Both the position numbers and the translations under genes were made by a program. From Tolypothrix carrinoi HA7290-LM1 (GTDB taxonomy: Bacteria; Cyanobacteriota; Cyanobacteriia; Cyanobacteriales; Nostocaceae): a DNA stretch of 64,000 bases. Positions 40,464 to 50,701 of the stretch are shown in pieces. The DNA lies in NCBI GenBank assembly GCA_019358935.1, contig JAHHIK010000028.1, positions 1 through 64,000 on the forward strand, written 5' to 3'. How positions within the stretch are numbered: position 1 is the stretch's first letter; each line of letters starts with the position of its first letter. The notes below the pieces were generated by a model. It worked only from the letters and a program-made list of their open reading frames with translations. It searched no databases and was not told where the DNA came from.

Positions 40464-42530
40464 ATGCCTGCCGAAAAACACCTGACTTACCCATCCAGCC
40501 CTTATAGCGATCGCGTTGATGACTACCACGGTACCACAGTTACAGATCCTTACCGCTTCTTAGAAGACCCGGACTCAGAAGAAACCAAAGCTTGGGTTGA
40601 GGCACAAAATAAAGTTACCTTTGGCTACTTGAACGAAATTCCCGCAAGAGAAAAAATCAAGCAACGCCTCACCAAATTGTGGGATTATGAAAAATATAGT
40701 ATCCCCTTTCAAGAAGGCGAAAACTACTTTTATTTCAAAAATGACGGACTGCAAAACCAAAGCGTCCTCTATACCCTGAAAACTCTCGACGGTGAACCGA
40801 AAGTTTTACTCGACCCGAACAAACTTTCAGCAGATGGTACTGTTGCGCTTTCCGGTTTATCTATCAGTGAAAACGGTAAACTTTTAGCATACGGTTTATC
40901 CTCATCTGGTTCTGACTGGCAAGAATGGAAAGTCCGAGATGTGGAAACAACTGAAGATTTACCAGACCATTTAAAGTGGATTAAATTCTCTGGTGCATCG
41001 TGGACAAATGACAATCAAGGCTTTTTCTACAGCCGCTACGATGAACCAAATGAAAAAACCAAATTAGAAGATGTCAACTATTATCAAAAGCTTTATTACC
41101 ACAAATTGGGTACATCCCAATCAGAAGACACATTAATTTACCAACGTCCCGACCAAAAAGAATGGGGATTTGGTAAAGCTGTCACAGAAGATGGACATTA
41201 TTTAGTAATTTCCGTTTGGTCAGGAACTGACTCGAAAAATCTGTTTTTTTACAAAGATTTGACTAACCCAAATGCAGAAGTAGTCGAACTAATTAAGGAA
41301 TTTGAAGCCGATTATAGCTTTATTGATAATGATGATAGCGTCTTTTATTTTCGTACAGATTTAGATGCACCCCGCGCTAGAGTTATTGCCATTGATAGTA
41401 AAAATCCTGACAAATCAGCTTGGCAAGAAATAATTCCCCAAGCTGCGGAAACTTTAGAAAGTGTCGGCATCCTTAACAATCAATTTGTTGCTGATTATCT
41501 CAAAGATGCTCACGGCAAAGTCAAAATTTTTGACCTCAACGGCACTTTTGTCAGAGAGGTAGAATTACCCGGACTTGGTTCAGTCGGAGGCTTTAACGGC
41601 AAACGTCATGATACCGAAACTTTTTATAGCTTCACTAGCTTTACCACACCGCCAACTATTTATCGCTACGACATAGTAAGCGGAAAAAGTCAAGTTTTTC
41701 GACAGCCTAAGGTAGATTTTAATCCTGCTGATTATGAAACTAAACAAGTTTTCTATCGCAGCAAAGATAATACGCAAGTGCCGATGTTTATCACCTATAA
41801 AAAGGGGATTAAACTTGATGGAAATAATCCCACATATCTGTATGCTTATGGCGGTTTTAATATCTCTCTAACTCCGAGTTTTTCTGTCAGTAGCTTAGTA
41901 TGGCTAGAAATGGGTGGTGTCTATGCTGTGCCCAATTTACGCGGTGGTGGTGAATATGGGGAAGAATGGCATCAAGCGGGAATGAAGCTGAAAAAGCAGA
42001 ATGTTTTTGATGACTTTATTGCTGCTGCCGAGTGGTTGATTGGCAATGGGTATACCAAGAGTGATAAGTTGGCGATCGCTGGTGGTAGCAATGGCGGATT
42101 ATTAGTTGGTGCTTGCATGACTCAGCGTCCCGATTTGTTTGGTGCAGCTTTGCCAACAGTCGGGGTGATGGATATGTTGCGCTTTCATAAATTTACCATC
42201 GGCTGGGCGTGGATTTCTGAATATGGTTCGCCGGATAATCTAGAAGAGTTCAAAGCGCTTTATGCTTATTCCCCACTGCATAACCTCAAACCCGGTACAG
42301 CTTATCCAGCAACGATGATTACCACAGCCGATCATGACGATCGCGTTGTCCCTGCTCATAGTTTCAAATTTGCCGCTGCTTTGCAAGCCGCACACACAGG
42401 TGAGAATCCTGTATTAATTAGAATTGAGACGAAAGCGGGACATGGTGCAGGTAAACCTACAGCTAAAATTATCGAAGAATCCGCAGATAAGTGGGCTTTC
42501 TTGGTGCGTACCTTGGATATGAAAGTTTAG
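40464..42530 (+). CDS. Prolyl oligopeptidase (S9A)
   Basis: DPYRFLED, YGGFN, GGSNGGLL, DHDDRVVP and AGHGAGK motifs. Confidence 0.97.
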   Translation: MPAEKHLTYPSSPYSDRVDDYHGTTVTDPYRFLEDPDSEETKAWVEAQNKVTFGYLNEIPAREKIKQRLTKLWDYEKYSIPFQEGENYFYFKNDGLQNQSVLYTLKTLDGEPKVLLDPNKLSADGTVALSGLSISENGKLLAYGLSSSGSDWQEWKVRDVETTEDLPDHLKWIKFSGASWTNDNQGFFYSRYDEPNEKTKLEDVNYYQKLYYHKLGTSQSEDTLIYQRPDQKEWGFGKAVTEDGHYLVISVWSGTDSKNLFFYKDLTNPNAEVVELIKEFEADYSFIDNDDSVFYFRTDLDAPRARVIAIDSKNPDKSAWQEIIPQAAETLESVGILNNQFVADYLKDAHGKVKIFDLNGTFVREVELPGLGSVGGFNGKRHDTETFYSFTSFTTPPTIYRYDIVSGKSQVFRQPKVDFNPADYETKQVFYRSKDNTQVPMFITYKKGIKLDGNNPTYLYAYGGFNISLTPSFSVSSLVWLEMGGVYAVPNLRGGGEYGEEWHQAGMKLKKQNVFDDFIAAAEWLIGNGYTKSDKLAIAGGSNGGLLVGACMTQRPDLFGAALPTVGVMDMLRFHKFTIGWAWISEYGSPDNLEEFKALYAYSPLHNLKPGTAYPATMITTADHDDRVVPAHSFKFAAALQAAHTGENPVLIRIETKAGHGAGKPTAKIIEESADKWAFLVRTLDMKV

Positions 42531-42655
42531 CTTCGCGCAAAGCCAGTAGGGTGTGTTACCGCGAACGCGGTAACGCACCTAAAACGGTAACAGTTTATCT
42601 TTGCATGTTGCTACTAGTATTGATAAAACGCACCAATGATGATCGGGATTTGGAT

Positions 42656-43741
42656 ATGAAACTTGATTGCGAACCTTACTACAAAACAATATTTGGTGCT
42701 GCTTATTTGGGAAACAGCCTGGAATTAATGGCAGATATCAGTAGCGAAAGTATCGACCTAATTTGTACGTCTCCACCATTTGCACTGGTTCGTAAAAAAG
42801 AATACGGAAACGTTGATGCCGACGAATATGTAGAATGGTTTAAAGATTATGCGGCACAATTTCACCGTATTCTGAAACCAACAGGTTCACTGGTTATTGA
42901 TATTGGTGGCAGCTGGATTAAAGGAATGCCAGTTCGTTCTCTTTACCACTTTGAATTAGTTGTTGCTCTGTGCAAAGCTAAAGAAAAAGGCGGACTTGGA
43001 TTTTATCTAGCACAAGAATTGTATTGGTATAATCCAGCTAAACTCCCCACCCCGGCTGAATGGGTAACAGTTCGCAGGGAAAGAGTTAAAGATTCGGTAA
43101 ATACAATTTGGTGGTTGTCAAAAGAACCGCATCCTAAAGCCAACAATAAAAGGGTTTTAAAGCCTTATAGCGATGCAATGAAGAACCTGATCAAGAATGG
43201 GTATAAACCCAAAGTCAGACCATCTGGTCATGATATTTCCGATAAATTTGCAAACGATAGAGGAGGGGCTATTCCCCCAAATATTATTGATGGACGTTGC
43301 AGTGCAGACAATGAAGTTATAGGACAACCAGTTCTTTTACAAGAAGTTTTATTTGAAGATTTAGTTCAACCCGTAAATGTGATTTCCGCCTCAAATACTG
43401 CTTCTAACGATTATTATCAACGACGTTGCAAAGAAGAAGGTTTTAAACCACACCCGGCAAGATTTCCTCAAGCTTTACCTGAGTTTGTCATCAACCTTTG
43501 TACAGAACCAGGGGATATTGTTTTAGAACCTTTCGCCGGTTCTAACATGACAGGTCGGGTTGCAGAAAGTTTACAAAGACGCTGGTTAGCTTTTGAGATT
43601 GATGAAGACTACATCAAAAGCTCAAAACTAAGATTTGAAGAAAATGCTCCTTTGGTTGTTGAACCTCTAGCAGATTTACCACTAATAGCATCAGAAAATG
43701 CCGATCAAAACCACCAGGGAGTACAATTAGGACTGTTTTAA
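42656..43741 (+). CDS. Orphan beta-class N4-cytosine DNA methyltransferase, M.PvuII-like
   Basis: TSPPFALVRKKEYGN, YWYNPAKLPTPAEWV, RPSGHDI, HPARFP and EPFAGS motifs; likely ATG 42656. Confidence 0.88.
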   Translation: MKLDCEPYYKTIFGAAYLGNSLELMADISSESIDLICTSPPFALVRKKEYGNVDADEYVEWFKDYAAQFHRILKPTGSLVIDIGGSWIKGMPVRSLYHFELVVALCKAKEKGGLGFYLAQELYWYNPAKLPTPAEWVTVRRERVKDSVNTIWWLSKEPHPKANNKRVLKPYSDAMKNLIKNGYKPKVRPSGHDISDKFANDRGGAIPPNIIDGRCSADNEVIGQPVLLQEVLFEDLVQPVNVISASNTASNDYYQRRCKEEGFKPHPARFPQALPEFVINLCTEPGDIVLEPFAGSNMTGRVAESLQRRWLAFEIDEDYIKSSKLRFEENAPLVVEPLADLPLIASENADQNHQGVQLGLF

Positions 43742-43748
43742 ACAAATT

Positions 43749-44162
43749 TCAATCCTCGATGTTTCCTCTAATGGATTTAAGCTGTCCTCGCTTGCTTTTG
43801 CTATCGAGACGTTTTCTCACAGAGCTGCGAGTCGGTTTGGTTGGTTTGCGTTTTCGGGGTAACACTGCGACGCTTTTAATGAGTTCTTGAAGTCGTTTCA
43901 AAGCCTCCTCTTTGTTCTTCTCCTGGGTTCGGTGTTCTTGGGCTTTAATAACAATAACTCCCTCCTGAGTGATGCGTCGATCGCTGAGTTTCAAAAGTTG
44001 TTCTTTATAAAAATCGGGTAGGGATGAAGCATTAATGTTGAAGCGCAAGTGTATAGCGGTGGAGACTTTATTTACATTTTGACCTCCTGCTCCTTGGGAA
44101 CGAATAGCACTAATCTCGATATCGCTATCAGGGATAATTACTTGGTTGGAAATTTGCAGCAT
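43749..44162 (-). CDS. arfB: Alternative ribosome rescue factor ArfB (YaeJ)
   Basis: RSQGAGGQNVNKVSTA with basic tail RKPTKPTRSS. Confidence 0.95.
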   Translation of the reverse strand: MLQISNQVIIPDSDIEISAIRSQGAGGQNVNKVSTAIHLRFNINASSLPDFYKEQLLKLSDRRITQEGVIVIKAQEHRTQEKNKEEALKRLQELIKSVAVLPRKRKPTKPTRSSVRKRLDSKSKRGQLKSIRGNIED

Positions 44163-44351
44163 TGTTTATATTTTGCTTAGGACAGCTTTGCATAAGTTTG
44201 TAGGTTTTTTTAACGCAGAGAGAAGTTTGAGCGGAGGTTTCCTCCGATCAAAGCTTCGGTGGGAGCGCGGAGGTAAGCGCAGAGTGACGCAGAGTTTTTG
44301 TGATAAATTTTCGTCATGAATATTATGCAATATTGTACTTAGGAACGTGGA

Positions 44352-44783
44352 TTATCGCTTTCCCATCTCTCGTAGATAAGCGGGTCGAGGTGTGAGTTGC
44401 TTCACAAGTGCTGCATCCGCCGGACAAAACTCCGCAGATATACTCTCAGCGCAAGCTAAAAATGCGGCATCATACAGCGTAGGTAACTTATATTGCTCGG
44501 CAATTTCCCAGGTTTTTGCGCGAATTTCTTCAACTTCAATGTAATCAATGGGAAGTTCGCAGAAGTCCTCAAAAAAACCTTGTGCTTCCTCTGTGGTGAT
44601 GACTTGCATCCGGGTTTTTTTTCGCAACACAGATCCAACTTCTGCCCAAGCAAAAGCTGGAGCCACCAACTTAAGATTAAGGCTTAATGCTTCTTCTACA
44701 ACAATTCTGGCTTGTGGTTGATAAATTTCTGGTACAAGGTAGCAAATCCAAATGCTAGTATCTAAGCACAATACTCTAGTCAC
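44352..44783 (-). CDS. vapC: VapC-like PIN-domain toxin
   Basis: LCLDTS, AEV.S.L, YDA.FLA.AE and AD motifs. Confidence 0.88.
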   Translation of the reverse strand: MTRVLCLDTSIWICYLVPEIYQPQARIVVEEALSLNLKLVAPAFAWAEVGSVLRKKTRMQVITTEEAQGFFEDFCELPIDYIEVEEIRAKTWEIAEQYKLPTLYDAAFLACAESISAEFCPADAALVKQLTPRPAYLREMGKR

Positions 44784-45032
44784 GCCGCTTTTCTTTTTCT
44801 CTGAAACTGCGAATCAAATCCCCAGAATTAGGTTGTATTTCTGTTTTGGCTTTGACGGTTTCGCTGCGGGCTATAATGCGTACAGGAGCTGCCCATCCCC
44901 TCCGGCGTCGCACTTCGTTTTCCAAAGCCTCAACTACTAAATCATTCAAGGATTCGAGCCACGAATTTTAGTTTCTTGGCTAAAGCCAAGCAGGTCAGCC
45001 GGAAAACGGATTGTTACGGCTTCGCGTTCCAT
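44776..45032 (-). pseudogene. RHH-type antitoxin with about two frameshifts
   Basis: MEREAVTIRFPADLL / ALAKKLK / ESLNDLVVEALENEVRRRRGW...LIRSFREKEKRRD* in three frames; stop overlaps the vapC GTG. Confidence 0.75.
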
Positions 45033-45277
45033 TGGAATATTTACAACCAAATAGTGATACCATTTATTGTAACTGCTATTTGATTTGCTATAAGACTTAC
45101 GGAGAATCATGAAAAAACTAACCGCAGAGAGCGCAGAGGACACAGAGAAATAGATTTTTGGAGAGTTTTTGCGTAAGTCATATGCTATTTTATAAGCGAT
45201 CGCATAAATGCATTTAGATGCAAATTGCTATTATTTGATAATTCCCTATACAAGACAGATAAATAGGAGTATTGAGC

Positions 45278-45694
45278 GTGAATGCATCTGAACAGGCAAC
45301 AAACGTTGAACTTGCGAGCAACATTGCGACGGTAGTTAACTTGTTCAAATTTGAGTTTCCTGATGCGAAATCGGATCTCAAACCCTGGAAAAATGACCCA
45401 GAAACCAGGGAATTAGTCGATCCAGACTCAATAGATATCGGCTTTCACTTTCCTGGTATCAGCAAATCTTGGCGCAGTCGCAGTATACTAATTCAAATCC
45501 GATTTTATCAAGATCCGATAAATAACTTGCGTCGAGCGATCGGTGTCGAGGTAGCAGGATTTGACCATCGCGGTGAAGTATGGCGACTTTCTACGGTGGA
45601 TAATTGGAGTTGTGTTGGTACATCTGAACCTTCCCCAGAAATAGAGGAAAAGCTAAAACAGTTTTGCCGACACATTTTAGAAGTCTTCAATTAG
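45278..45694 (+). CDS. Conserved cyanobacterial hypothetical protein
   Basis: AGGAG RBS; DLKPW.NDP.T...DPDSIDIGFHFPG.S motif. Confidence 0.75.
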   Translation: MNASEQATNVELASNIATVVNLFKFEFPDAKSDLKPWKNDPETRELVDPDSIDIGFHFPGISKSWRSRSILIQIRFYQDPINNLRRAIGVEVAGFDHRGEVWRLSTVDNWSCVGTSEPSPEIEEKLKQFCRHILEVFN

Positions 45695-45759
45695 CAAACT
45701 GATACTTTGTAGTTAGTTCGTAGTGAGCGGTTCACCGCTCATAAACTAACAATCAGCAA

Positions 45760-46164
45760 CTATTTTTGACAGCTACCATCAACGCAATATGCTGATTGAT
45801 ATGTGCTAGAACGCTTGCCAAATATGGTGTAGCGGTTATCGCGAATTTGTTCGTAAAAGCGATCGCCTACCCATTTCACTCCCGGTAATGCCCGATAAGC
45901 ATCCACAAATACGCTACCTAACGGCAATAATCGTCCAATCTCTTCCGCTGCCGCAGTTCCTTGCCAGCGTGTTTGCGGTGCGTTTCCATCGATCAAAATC
46001 ATTCCCTGTTCGCAATCAATAGCGGTAATTCCCCACTTTTGAAGTGTTTGCTCATCTTGCATGGAGATATAGCGAAACAACTTGCCTTGATCTAAAGTTT
46101 CTAACAATTGCACTAAAGTAACGCAAAGATTGCAATTACCGTCGTAGATAACATAATAATTCAT
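45760..46164 (-). CDS. DCC-family thiol-disulfide oxidoreductase (DUF393)
   Basis: VIYDGNCNLC and I.DNRY motifs. Confidence 0.9.
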   Translation of the reverse strand: MNYYVIYDGNCNLCVTLVQLLETLDQGKLFRYISMQDEQTLQKWGITAIDCEQGMILIDGNAPQTRWQGTAAAEEIGRLLPLGSVFVDAYRALPGVKWVGDRFYEQIRDNRYTIFGKRSSTYQSAYCVDGSCQK

Positions 46165-46334
46165 AAAAGTTGCAGATTGTTTTTTATATACAGTCTATGT
46201 TTATATTTATGAACTGACGAAATTCTGTCAATATTACCTAAGTATGAAAATTATTTACTGATTAATCTCCCCCCAGAAAGCAAGATTTTGATATTTTTAG
46301 CAAGAATTTGCAAGACAATAGTATGGGTCATCAA

Positions 46335-46690
46335 CGAACAGGGACGATTGGCAAGTCCGGAAAAAGGAAATATTCCGGAACGCAGTGAGTGCGATCGCCG
46401 AAGTCGTGACTCAAGTTGCCCAAGAAATTGGACACACACCTTCACAAGTTGCACTGGCTTGGTTACGTCATCAAAGTGGTGTGATTATCCCGATTGTTGG
46501 TGTCCGCAAGTTAACCCAATTTCAAGATAACTTAGCCTGTCTGGATGTCAGTTTATCACCAGAACATTTGCAACGTCTAAACGAAGTCAGTCAAATTGAA
46601 CTTGGTTTTCCTCATGACTTCAAAGCACAGCGACACGATCCGCGATCGCCTTTTTGGTGGTACATTCAGCACTATTGAAAATCATCGTCA
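46335..46690 (+). pseudogene. Aldo/keto reductase C-terminal fragment
   Basis: TPSQVALAWL...IPIVGVRK..Q..DNL..LDV.LS.E.L..L.EVS.IELGFPHDF; no N-terminal half; frame breaks at both ends. Confidence 0.8.
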
Positions 46691-46834
46691 TTGAGCAAGC
46701 TAATTCCAGGTTTAGAAATTTTGAATAAAAGTAACAATAATTTACAAACCGATTAATTCCATCTATCGGTAGAGAGTTTCGTGCCCTTAGGTAGTAGCTG
46801 TAGACTAGTTTTATCGACCCAAGAAAGTAAAACC

Positions 46835-47425
46835 ATGAGCGACAACAATCTATCATCTCGTCTTTACCCCACCCGTATTGATATTCCTGCTGAAGCGCGA
46901 TCGCAGATCGTTGTATTACTCAACAAAACTTTGGCAGCTACCTCAGACCTAAAAACCCAGGTAAAACAAGCGCACTGGAACGTCAAAGGAACTGATTTTT
47001 ATCAGCTACACGAATTATTTGACGAAATCGCCGGCGAACTGGAAGAATTTGTTGATATGTTTGCGGAACGGGTAACAGCTTTAGGTGGATATGCAATGGG
47101 AACCGCTCGCATGGCAGCTGCCAATTCGATTTTACCAGAATATCCTACCGATATTTTGGCAGGAATGGAGCATGTGACAGCTTTGGCAGATCGGTTTGCA
47201 CCTTATGCCAAGCATTTGAGAGAAGCGATCGCTAAAACTGACGACTTAGGCGATCTTGACACCGCAGACCTTTATACTGAAGTTTCTCGCACCATCGACA
47301 AAAGACTGTGGTTCTTAGAAGCTCATCTGCAAGCAGCAGTAGTTACAAACACAGAAAATGGAAATGGAAATGGTAACGGTGTTTCAGCTACTACTAAAAC
47401 TCAACAAACAGTTCTTGCTGGATAA
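46835..47425 (+). CDS. dps: DNA starvation/stationary phase protection protein Dps
   Basis: KQAHWNVKG..F..LHELFDE, D..AER and DKRLWFLEAH motifs. Confidence 0.96.
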   Translation: MSDNNLSSRLYPTRIDIPAEARSQIVVLLNKTLAATSDLKTQVKQAHWNVKGTDFYQLHELFDEIAGELEEFVDMFAERVTALGGYAMGTARMAAANSILPEYPTDILAGMEHVTALADRFAPYAKHLREAIAKTDDLGDLDTADLYTEVSRTIDKRLWFLEAHLQAAVVTNTENGNGNGNGVSATTKTQQTVLAG

Positions 47426-47427
47426 GT

Positions 47428-47610
47428 TGAGTGGGAGCGTTGGAGCGTGGGAGCGTGGATAGTGGATAGTGGATAGTGGTTAGGAGTTAGGAGTTAAGAG
47501 TTAAGAATAATTAATTTGTGACACCCAACAACTATCAACCAACAACTAACGACTAACAACCATCAACTATCAACCATCAACTATCACCCATCAACGCTCC
47601 AACCATCAAT
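47428..47610. repeat. Heptamer repeats (GGATAGT, GAGTTAG, CAACTAT/CAACCAT)
   Basis: 7-mer runs downstream of dps. Confidence 0.8.
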
Positions 47611-47617
47611 TATATAC

Positions 47618-47657
47618 AGTATCCTTTTGGTAAGTACGTTACTTTTAAGTGCGTACT
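47618..47657. promoter_or_regulatory. Possible HxlR-family operator upstream of pirin
   Basis: AGTATCCTTTTGGTAAGTAC-GT-TACTTTTAAGTGCGTACT resembles paired HxlR-type boxes; recognised by eye only. Confidence 0.3.
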
Positions 47658-47805
47658 TTTCATTTTATATATACATCCGTTACTATTGAGATAGTTAACA
47701 ACCGGGTTAAAAAAATCTCAATTCCAAGACTTAGCTGATACGTGAGTTGTTAACTAAAAAGCTTGTTTTTTAAATATAAATAACCATCAAAAACGAGGTA
47801 GATGT

Positions 47806-48522
47806 ATGTCTCAAAATACTGTTACCCATCTAATTCACGATAGAAACGCACGCGGTCAAACTAAAATTGGTTGGTTGGATAGTTACCATACATTTTCCTT
47901 TGGAAATTTTTCCGATCCGAATCGCATGGGATTTCGCTCTCTGCGGGTAATTAATGACGATCGCGTTGTTCCTGGTGCTGGATTTGGTACTCACGGTCAT
48001 CGGGATATGGAAATTCTTACATATGTCCTCGAAGGTGCGCTAGAGCATAAAGACAGCTTAGGTACGGGTTCGGTGATTCTTCCCGGTGAAGCGCAAGTTA
48101 TGAGTGCTGGTACTGGTATCACTCACAGCGAATACAATCACTCACAAACTGAGCCGGTACACTTTCTGCAAATCTGGATTCTTCCCGATCAGCAAGGCTT
48201 AAAACCAAGGTATGAACAAAAAGCTTTTCCTATTGAAGAAAAGCGCGGAAAACTACGCTTAATTGCTGCCAAAGATGGACGCGATGGTGCTGTCACAATT
48301 CATCAAGATGTTAATTTGTACACATCTGTTTTAGAACCGGGTGATGTGGTAAATTATCACGTTCAACCACATCGTTATGCTTGGTTACAAATAGCGCAAG
48401 GTATAGCAACCTTGAATGGTGAAGAACTTAGAGCCGGCGATGGTGTACAAATTAGCGTTGAAGAACAACTCGAAATTAGCACCCAAGTAGGTGCAGAAAT
48501 CTTGCTTTTTGATTTGGGTTAA
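47806..48522 (+). CDS. Pirin family protein
   Basis: WLDSYHTFSF, LRVINDD, GFGTHGHRDMEI, MSAGTGITHSE and FLQIWI motifs. Confidence 0.96.
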   Translation: MSQNTVTHLIHDRNARGQTKIGWLDSYHTFSFGNFSDPNRMGFRSLRVINDDRVVPGAGFGTHGHRDMEILTYVLEGALEHKDSLGTGSVILPGEAQVMSAGTGITHSEYNHSQTEPVHFLQIWILPDQQGLKPRYEQKAFPIEEKRGKLRLIAAKDGRDGAVTIHQDVNLYTSVLEPGDVVNYHVQPHRYAWLQIAQGIATLNGEELRAGDGVQISVEEQLEISTQVGAEILLFDLG

Positions 48523-49321
48523 TGTCAAAAATAGGGTAAGGGTTCAGAAGGGTTGCAGGTTTAGGGTGTAGGGTGTAGGGACCCACGCTTAAAAACGTGG
48601 GATTGAAATAAGGACGCGCTCATTTCATCGCACTGCGTGTCTCGTAAGGACATCTTTTTTTACGCTCGCTTAAACCCAGAACTAAAGTTTTCTCTCCATC
48701 CCCCACACCCCACACCCCGCACCCCACACCCTGCTTTTTGTAAAGGGAAGAAATATTTTATTTTTTAACTCTTCTGCTTGCCCCTTTTCCTAAATTATGA
48801 AATAAGTTAGAACTTACGCATTGACAGAAAGTTGAGCATGTGCATTCAAGCCCACCTTTTGTGAAGATGTTCCAGAATGAAATCACGAGCAATCAATAAT
48901 GTCCTAACCTAATCAGTTCAGAAATACGCTGCTCGAATAGGTCGCTTCTTTCCCGGCTTTGGGGGGAGCGAGTATGAATGTAGGTTGCGATCGCTCTCAC
49001 CATAACGTTGAAACTTTCTAAGATTACTGAGGCTCAAACAAATCATTTCCGATCCAATCAATACGATCGTTATCTCACAACAAATCCCCTTTGATTGTTT
49101 GCAGTCTAAATTCCCAATATTGGGCATCTGCAAAGCGCAAAAATCAATTCAGATGTTTCAAATTGGCAGACGATTTAATAGTTTTTTAGTAGACAATTCT
49201 AAAACTTTCCTCTCTCTACGGGGCTAAGTTGAAGTATAGAATTGCGATCGCTTTAAGCAACAGCCACGTATAAATCAGCTTGTGCTTCTTGCCAGAGCTA
49301 TGGCTAAAGTCGAATTTAATT

Positions 49322-49531
49322 AGCAAAATGGCATTTGACTTACTCAAAATGAACTTTTGCTTTCTCATTTTGGTGTTTTCCGCAAGCAAAATGGCATTTG
49401 ACTTACTCAAAATAAGCTTTTGCTTTCTCATTTTGGTGTTTTCCGCAAGCAAAATGGCATTTGACTTACTCATTTTGGTGTTTTCCGCAAGCAAAATGGC
49501 ATTTGACTTACTCATTTCAGTGTTTTCCGCA
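49322..49531. repeat. Composite array of ten 21-bp modules (A-B-C-A-B-C-A-C-A-C)
   Basis: A=AGCAAAATGGCATTTGACTTA, B=CTCAAAATGAACTTTTGCTTT, C=CTCATTTTGGTGTTTTCCGCA. Confidence 0.92.
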
Positions 49532-49660
49532 AGCAAAACGCGCTGGCTCCAATTTCGCGTCTCTACAATTAGGACTCATATTTGATTTTTGAAATATACG
49601 TAAAAGCCGCCTAGAATCATCTAGACGGCGTTTAATTGAGTCTAAAATTGGAAATGGCTA

Positions 49661-50455
49661 TTAACCGGTACGTGGGATGCGCTCAATCTCAGCATAACCA
49701 CTAAAAATCAACTGTTTCCCTTCAGTTTCTAAACGGTTAAGCCGCATTTTTACTCCATCCAAGTCAAAGCGATCTAAATCGACCATATTATCCAAAATAT
49801 CTGCTAGTGCTACGCTCAAGGTTCTAGATATTTCCTTTTGCGCTTCTGGTATCGAGTCAAGTTCAATTTGCGGATCTTTAAAAGAAACACGCCGACGCCT
49901 TTCAATAGCTATAGTTACAGTCATATCCAAAGGCACAAGTTCGCTGTCACCTAAATCTGCCTTTGCGAAAATCCGCAGGCGATTTTCTGGCAATAATTCT
50001 ACCTGGATTTCTGGAAAAGATACTGGATTACCGCCTGATAATTGAGTTAAGGCAGGTACAGTGAGGTTTAACAGACGTTTTTTAACAAGTTCTGCCTTAA
50101 AAGAGTAGTTAATGCCTTCTTCTGATAAAACGACTTTAGCGATCGCTTGAGTTGGTTGCTTGAGAGTTAGTTTACCACCCAAAACCGAGCCAAAATCAAT
50201 CGATACAGCATCGGTTTCTACAGAAATTTCGTCTGCGGGGAAATCTTTGCGAATCACTACGCCACTTGCGTTCATTTTAAAGCTATCAATGCTGCCTTGC
50301 AACAGTTTGCTGGAGGGATAGCAGCGCACAAAGACTTCTACTGATTCGCTTTGGCTAAACAGATGGCGAATCGTTTGGCTAGCTACAGTATTGAGCATCC
50401 GCTCTCCCCAATCTGTGCCTTTGGGATCTTTTAAACCAGTAATTCCGCCGAACAT
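49661..50455 (-). CDS. DUF2993 (LmeA-like) family protein
   Basis: DWGERMLN.VAS..IRHLF, VRCYPSSKLLQGSIDSFKM and MVDLDRFDLDGV motifs. Confidence 0.85.
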   Translation of the reverse strand: MFGGITGLKDPKGTDWGERMLNTVASQTIRHLFSQSESVEVFVRCYPSSKLLQGSIDSFKMNASGVVIRKDFPADEISVETDAVSIDFGSVLGGKLTLKQPTQAIAKVVLSEEGINYSFKAELVKKRLLNLTVPALTQLSGGNPVSFPEIQVELLPENRLRIFAKADLGDSELVPLDMTVTIAIERRRRVSFKDPQIELDSIPEAQKEISRTLSVALADILDNMVDLDRFDLDGVKMRLNRLETEGKQLIFSGYAEIERIPRTG

Positions 50456-50701
50456 GTGGTTTTGCGTCTCTAGAAGTTATTTGTATTTTTGTAACAAATT
50501 GTGAATATTATTGCAACTATCAGTTTATAGGTTGTGCTGATGATGATGTCGGGGATCGCTAATAATGGCGATCGTCTGCTTCTAGTCTAGACTTTAGTTT
50601 TCAAATTTTTCTGCAAAAAACGCAGCCAATCGTGCAGCATTGATACTTCCTGCTGTTTATGCTATCTTTAGATAGCATTAAAAAGAAAGTTTAGAGTTGT
50701 G

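Noticed and set aside
42491..42655. N-terminal extension of the orphan methyltransferase
   Set aside because: Overlaps the POP 3' end and a palindromic repeat; family similarity begins near ATG 42656
48800..49135. Possible IS end (GAACTTACGCATTGACAG) and 71-aa ORF
   Set aside because: No matching second end or transposase motif could be identified
49322..49531. CRISPR mini-array
   Set aside because: The apparent spacers are themselves repeated modules (B, C)
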